A DNA stretch of 64,000 nucleotides from Terriglobia bacterium (lineage in GTDB: Bacteria > Acidobacteriota > Polarisedimenticolia > Polarisedimenticolales > JAIQFR01), in assembly GCA_963748015.1 (NCBI GenBank), contig CAVVHE010000005.1:64001-128000 (forward strand), in the 5' to 3' direction. The position numbers and the translations under genes were made by a program. Shown piece after piece: positions 59,691-64,000 of this stretch. The notes below the pieces were generated by a model. The model was not told the origin of the DNA. It was given only the letters and a program-made list of their open reading frames with translations, and did no database searches. Position 1 is the stretch's first letter. Every line of letters begins with the position of its first letter.

Positions 59691-61007
59691 ATGCACCGCC
59701 ACATCCGATACCGGTTCAAACCAATCATGCATCTCAAGCACCTACAGTCCTGCGGCTGGAACCTTGTTTGGAGCCAACGCCTGCTGTTCGCAGGCGGACT
59801 CCTGCTCCTCCTGGGACATTCCCAGTTCCTGTACGCCCTGGATCAAACCAACCGGACCACCGAGGTGGTTCCCTACGTCCACATGCGCAGTGGCGAATTC
59901 GACACGGTCTGGGGGGTGCAGGACATGTGGGGGTTCGGCATCGGGGCCGACCTGACGCGTCATGTGGGGCTGGAGTTGGCCTTTGATACCTACGAGAAGG
60001 ATTTTGATCCGTTCGGCACCAAACTGGGAGAACAGTCATTGCTTTCACTGGTGCCCCAGGTGCGGCTGCGCCTGCCCTTGGCCAACGACCGCGTCGTGCC
60101 CTACGTCGTGGTCGGCGCGGGCATCGGCTGGTACGACTTCAACGATCCAACCCGGGACGGATACGGCAAGAATGTCGATGATCAGGGCAACGAGCTGGTG
60201 GTTACGGCCGGCGTGGGCATTGACCTGTTCATCAACAAGCACGTGGCGTTTAATCTGGAAGGCAAATACATCTGGCTGGACGACCTCAACATCAGCGTCG
60301 ACGGCACCCCGGGCACTTTTGAGCTGGCGGACTTCGTCGGCACGTTCGGTTTCCGGGCCTATCTCGAGGATGCCGAGGCGCTGGCCCTGTTTGACGCCAT
60401 CGATGAGCCTCCCATCCGGCTCTACTTTGGCGCCGCCTTCGGCGGCGGGGTGATCACCGATGGCAACTGGATCCCCGGGGTCGAGTTGGTGCCGGAGATG
60501 GCTTCGCTTGGCTCGATTGGACAGTCCGTGGAGCTGGCCCTCGGCGCCAACTTCGGGCGGCACCTGAGCGTGGAGATCCCCGCCGATTACTATGAAAGCG
60601 TGATAGAACTCAACAATCTGGCAGGGGTCAATGGCGGTGTCGGAGAGTACTCAACCTACGCCGTCATCCCCAACCTGCGGTTCCGCTGGCCTATCAAGGA
60701 CGGCCGGATTGTTCCCTACCTGATGGCCGGATTCGGCGCCACCTACGGCGAAGTCAACGACCGGTTTGACAACGGCAACAACGTGCCGGTGGACTCGAAG
60801 GGGTTTGCCCCCGCCTTCGCTGCGGGCGGCGGCATCGAGTATTTCTTCAATCGCGAGGTGAGCCTCTTTGGCCAGGTCAAATACATCCAGTCCTGGGACA
60901 ACAAGATCGAGGTGAATCACGCCGGGGAACAGAAGGGTGACCTCTCCTGGCTGCACTTCCAGATCGGCTTCCGACTGAGCCTGCTGCACATCGGCGGCGC
61001 GCGTTGA
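59691..61007 (+). CDS. Outer membrane protein with two tandem OmpW/OmpA-like beta-barrels
   Basis: Repeated R.P....R(V/I)VPY..G.G and G.GI(D/E).F motifs in both halves. Confidence 0.8.
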   Translation: MHRHIRYRFKPIMHLKHLQSCGWNLVWSQRLLFAGGLLLLLGHSQFLYALDQTNRTTEVVPYVHMRSGEFDTVWGVQDMWGFGIGADLTRHVGLELAFDTYEKDFDPFGTKLGEQSLLSLVPQVRLRLPLANDRVVPYVVVGAGIGWYDFNDPTRDGYGKNVDDQGNELVVTAGVGIDLFINKHVAFNLEGKYIWLDDLNISVDGTPGTFELADFVGTFGFRAYLEDAEALALFDAIDEPPIRLYFGAAFGGGVITDGNWIPGVELVPEMASLGSIGQSVELALGANFGRHLSVEIPADYYESVIELNNLAGVNGGVGEYSTYAVIPNLRFRWPIKDGRIVPYLMAGFGATYGEVNDRFDNGNNVPVDSKGFAPAFAAGGGIEYFFNREVSLFGQVKYIQSWDNKIEVNHAGEQKGDLSWLHFQIGFRLSLLHIGGAR

Positions 61008-61200
61008 TCGGGCGACCCATGAACCGCAGGGTGGGGCCGGGCGCCCCGGGAGCCGGGCAACGGCGCCCTCCTCTGAGGGTTCAGGGTCTCGACTCGCGTC
61101 CACCCGGTGGTGGTTCCCCTTCCAATGAAGCGTAACCCGAGAGCGGCGGTGAAGACGCACGCACTCCAATCCGCCCCCATCGGCGCCCGATAGGCGCCGG

Positions 61201-61242
61201 CAAACAAAATCGGCGCCGCACTCTCTCGAATGCGGCGCCGAC
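61201..61242 (-). terminator. Intrinsic terminator of rpmB
   Basis: TCGGCGCCGCA...TGCGGCGCCGA stem plus TTTTGTTT on the minus strand. Confidence 0.75.
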
Positions 61243-61261
61243 CAAATCGGAGGACGTGGGG

Positions 61262-61537
61262 TCAGGCCTTGGGCGTCTTGGCGGCGGTCTGCTGCGGCCT
61301 GCGCCTGGGAGCCTTGGTGATCAGGCCCTTCTTGATCGCGCTGGTCGCCACCCGCATGTAGCGCACTTCGCCATTGGGCAGTTGCACCTTGACCCGTTGG
61401 AGGTTGGGCAGAAACCGACGCTTGGTGATGGCCGTGACGTGGGTGCCGATACCCCCCACCTTCTTGGCCTTGCCGGACCGCCAGATCTTGCTGCCTTTCC
61501 GCGGCCCCTTGCCTGTCAATTCACAATACCGAGACAT
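61262..61537 (-). CDS. rpmB: 50S ribosomal protein L28
   Basis: MSRYCELTGKGP, TKRRFLPNLQ. Confidence 0.95.
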   Translation of the reverse strand: MSRYCELTGKGPRKGSKIWRSGKAKKVGGIGTHVTAITKRRFLPNLQRVKVQLPNGEVRYMRVATSAIKKGLITKAPRRRPQQTAAKTPKA

Positions 61538-61659
61538 AATTCACGTTCGAGTTAAAGAACCCGGACGGTATCGCTCGGGCAGTCGCCGTGCAAGCTTGAT
61601 TTCAGCAGAATCTGCGTGCCTTTCCCTCGGTTCACCCCCTATCTTTCGCCCCCTGTCTT

Positions 61660-62874
61660 ATGGCAACCATCAAGCCCTTTGCCGCCCTGCGACCCCGACC
61701 GGACCTGGCCTCACGAATCTGTGAGCTGCCGTACGACGTCATGTCGTCCGAAGAAGCCCGGGAGGTGGCCTCCGGCAATCCGCTGAGCTTTCTTCATGTC
61801 AGCAAGCCCGAGATCGATCTCCCTCGGGGCACAGATCCCTACGCTCCGGCGGTCTATGCCAAGGGTCGGGAGAATCTGGATCGCCTGGTGGCGGAGGGAG
61901 CCTTGCAGCCGGAGACCGGGTCGTGTTTCTACCTTTACCGTCAGGTCATGGGCAGCCACAGCCAGGTGGGACTGGTGGCAGCCGCCAGTTGCCGCGAATA
62001 CATCGAGGGCGCCATCAAAAAGCACGAGTTCACCCGCCCGGACAAGGAGGACGACCGGGTGCGTCACATGGAGGCGCTCGACGCCCAAACCGGCCCGGTG
62101 TTCCTCACCTATCCAGCGGTGACCACCTTGGATCAACTGGTGCAGACAAGGATTGCCGGCCTGCCGGATGTGGACTTCACCTCCGGGGACGGCGTGAGGC
62201 ATACCGCGTGGACGATTCGGGACGCGGAGAGCATCCAAGGGATTGAGTCGGCCTTTGCCGGGATCCCGGCGCTCTACATCGCTGACGGCCATCATCGAAG
62301 CGCTGCTGCCGCCCGGGTGTTCGAATCACGCCGGGGTTCAGGACAGAGCCCCCGGTTTCTCGCGGTGATTTTCCCCCACGACCAGATGCAGATCCTGCCC
62401 TACAACCGCGTTCTGAAGGATCTCAACAACCATACCGCCCCTGCCTTGCTGACGTGCTTGGAGAAGGTGTTCGAAACCCTGCCGGCAACCAGCGCGACTC
62501 CATCCTGTAAGCACGAAGTGTGTTTGTTCCTCGACGGACACTGGCGCACCCTCCGGTTCCGACCCGGGCTCGTGACCGCCCGGAATCCCGTGGATGCGCT
62601 TGATGTCTCGCTTCTGCAGGCCCACGTCCTGGCACCGGTCTTTGGAATCGAGGATCCGCGCACCAGTGAACGCATTCGTTTTGTGGGCGGGATCCGGGGC
62701 ACAACGGAACTCGAGAAGCTCGTGAACCGCGGCCAAGGCGCCTGCGCCTTCTCTCTGTTCCCCACCCGCATCGAGGACCTGATGGTCATTGCGGATGCCG
62801 ACGGCATCATGCCACCCAAGAGCACATGGTTCGAGCCCAAGCTCCGGGATGGCATGTTCTGTCACCGGCTCTGA
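61660..62874 (+). CDS. DUF1015 family protein
   Basis: PYDV, FLHVSKPEI, IKKHEFTR, YIADGHHR, MPPKSTWFEPKLRDG. Confidence 0.92.
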   Translation: MATIKPFAALRPRPDLASRICELPYDVMSSEEAREVASGNPLSFLHVSKPEIDLPRGTDPYAPAVYAKGRENLDRLVAEGALQPETGSCFYLYRQVMGSHSQVGLVAAASCREYIEGAIKKHEFTRPDKEDDRVRHMEALDAQTGPVFLTYPAVTTLDQLVQTRIAGLPDVDFTSGDGVRHTAWTIRDAESIQGIESAFAGIPALYIADGHHRSAAAARVFESRRGSGQSPRFLAVIFPHDQMQILPYNRVLKDLNNHTAPALLTCLEKVFETLPATSATPSCKHEVCLFLDGHWRTLRFRPGLVTARNPVDALDVSLLQAHVLAPVFGIEDPRTSERIRFVGGIRGTTELEKLVNRGQGACAFSLFPTRIEDLMVIADADGIMPPKSTWFEPKLRDGMFCHRL

Positions 62875-62989
62875 CCGGACAAACACGGTCAATTCCTTGG
62901 GCCTTTCCCCGGGCCTATTCTCGTGCCCTCCCCCGGTTGTCGCGGGAAGCTGCTCGTGCAAACTCTTGGCTCACGGAGAGATCACGTTT

Positions 62990-64000
62990 ATGAAATCGAG
63001 CCATGCTTTCAGGTTTCCCAGCTTGTTGCTGAATCTGCTGAGCCTCGGTTGGTGCGGGATGTTGACAATGCACACCCAGGCGTCGCCGCCGCCGGGGGGC
63101 CTTGCGCCGCTGAACTCGCCCGCGGGCGGATTCGGCATCGACGGGGACCTGCTCGCCCGTCAACCGCTCGCCAGTTCGGGCGACTGGATTCCGAACGCCA
63201 CGATTCCCGGAACCGGACAGGGCGTGTTGAGTCCGAGCGGTGTGCCCCTGAATCCGTTCAGCACGTTCCATTTCATCGATCCCTACGACAGCACGAGCGA
63301 CTTCATTTTCACAGGCGGCAGCAAGTGGGCGGACAATCCCAACACCTGGGTTTGGAGCACCGGCAAGCCGTCGTCCAAAACGGACATCAACAACGTATTG
63401 CTGCACCTGGCTTCGGACGACATGGGGCACATCTGGGCCGTGATTTCAGCCGACCGGGCCAGCACTTCGGGGGATTCCTACATCGACTTCGAACTCCTGC
63501 AGCGTCCATTGGTGCGAACGAACAGCGGGACTTTCGTCTCGTCCGGCCCCCATGGCGGGCGCACGACCAACGACCTGGTGCTGAGCCTCGCGTTCACCGG
63601 CGGGGGCAGGGTGGCGGACTTCTTTGCTTGGCGATGGCAAGCCGACGGGCAAGGAGGGTTTCGCTACGTGGATAGCACGGCGGCGCTGCCGGCCGGGCGC
63701 GCCTTCGTGGCTCTGAACACCAATACCATCGGGGTTCCCTATTCCGCGTTCGGCGGCGCGCAATACCAACCCAATGCCTTCGCTGAAGCAGCCATCGACC
63801 TCACCGCCCTGCTGGGCGGCTTCGACCCCTGCGAATCCTTCGGCTTCGAGTCGATCATGGTGAAGACCAAGGCATCCGCCTCCTACTCGGCCGGCATCGA
63901 GGACCTGATCGATCCCATCGCCTACAAGCTCCGGATCGGACCCGCCGCTGAGGCTGGTCCGGATCAGGTTCGCTGCGCCGATGGGAGTGTGACCGCATTC
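62990..64000 (+). CDS. Large secreted protein, runs off the window edge
   Basis: Open frame from ATG 62990 to the end: signal peptide, GGFGIDGDL, KTDINN, GDSYIDFE, GGRTTNDL, FAEAAIDLT, AEAGPDQ. Confidence 0.8.
   Translation, partial: MKSSHAFRFPSLLLNLLSLGWCGMLTMHTQASPPPGGLAPLNSPAGGFGIDGDLLARQPLASSGDWIPNATIPGTGQGVLSPSGVPLNPFSTFHFIDPYDSTSDFIFTGGSKWADNPNTWVWSTGKPSSKTDINNVLLHLASDDMGHIWAVISADRASTSGDSYIDFELLQRPLVRTNSGTFVSSGPHGGRTTNDLVLSLAFTGGGRVADFFAWRWQADGQGGFRYVDSTAALPAGRAFVALNTNTIGVPYSAFGGAQYQPNAFAEAAIDLTALLGGFDPCESFGFESIMVKTKASASYSAGIEDLIDPIAYKLRIGPAAEAGPDQVRCADGSVTAF

Overview
High-GC bacterial chromosome segment. Gene style and content (H-X9-DG prepilin-like protein, stand-alone nuoA, 7-nt periodic repeats) suggest Verrucomicrobiota, but this is an inference. 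Most of the window is housekeeping: pckG, ftsK, ald, cysTWA, dapFAB-folK, maf, uvrD/pcrA, TPP riboswitch-thiC, uvrA, czcCBA-like RND pump, argA, aguB-like hydrolase, Ser/Thr kinase, rpmB. Several of these carry 1-bp frameshifts that look like long-read errors. The stand-out region is about 31.4-39.5 kb, directly downstream of thiC. It is a tandem array of defence cargo with no integrase in view: a TIR-containing gene, a PvuII-like R-M pair, a wHTH+HEPN gene pair, an NspV-like R-M pair and two methyltransferase stubs. Each of its two modules ends in a conserved, internally repeated 64-bp AT-rich element joined to a displaced piece of thiC, which suggests repeated cassette integration into thiC with replacement of its 3' half. 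Other oddities are heptamer arrays and palindromes inserted in-frame in thiC and uvrA, an sbp remnant, a truncated iscA/erpA next to the riboswitch, and an IS200 remnant. Family assignments come from motif recognition by eye; no database searches were run.
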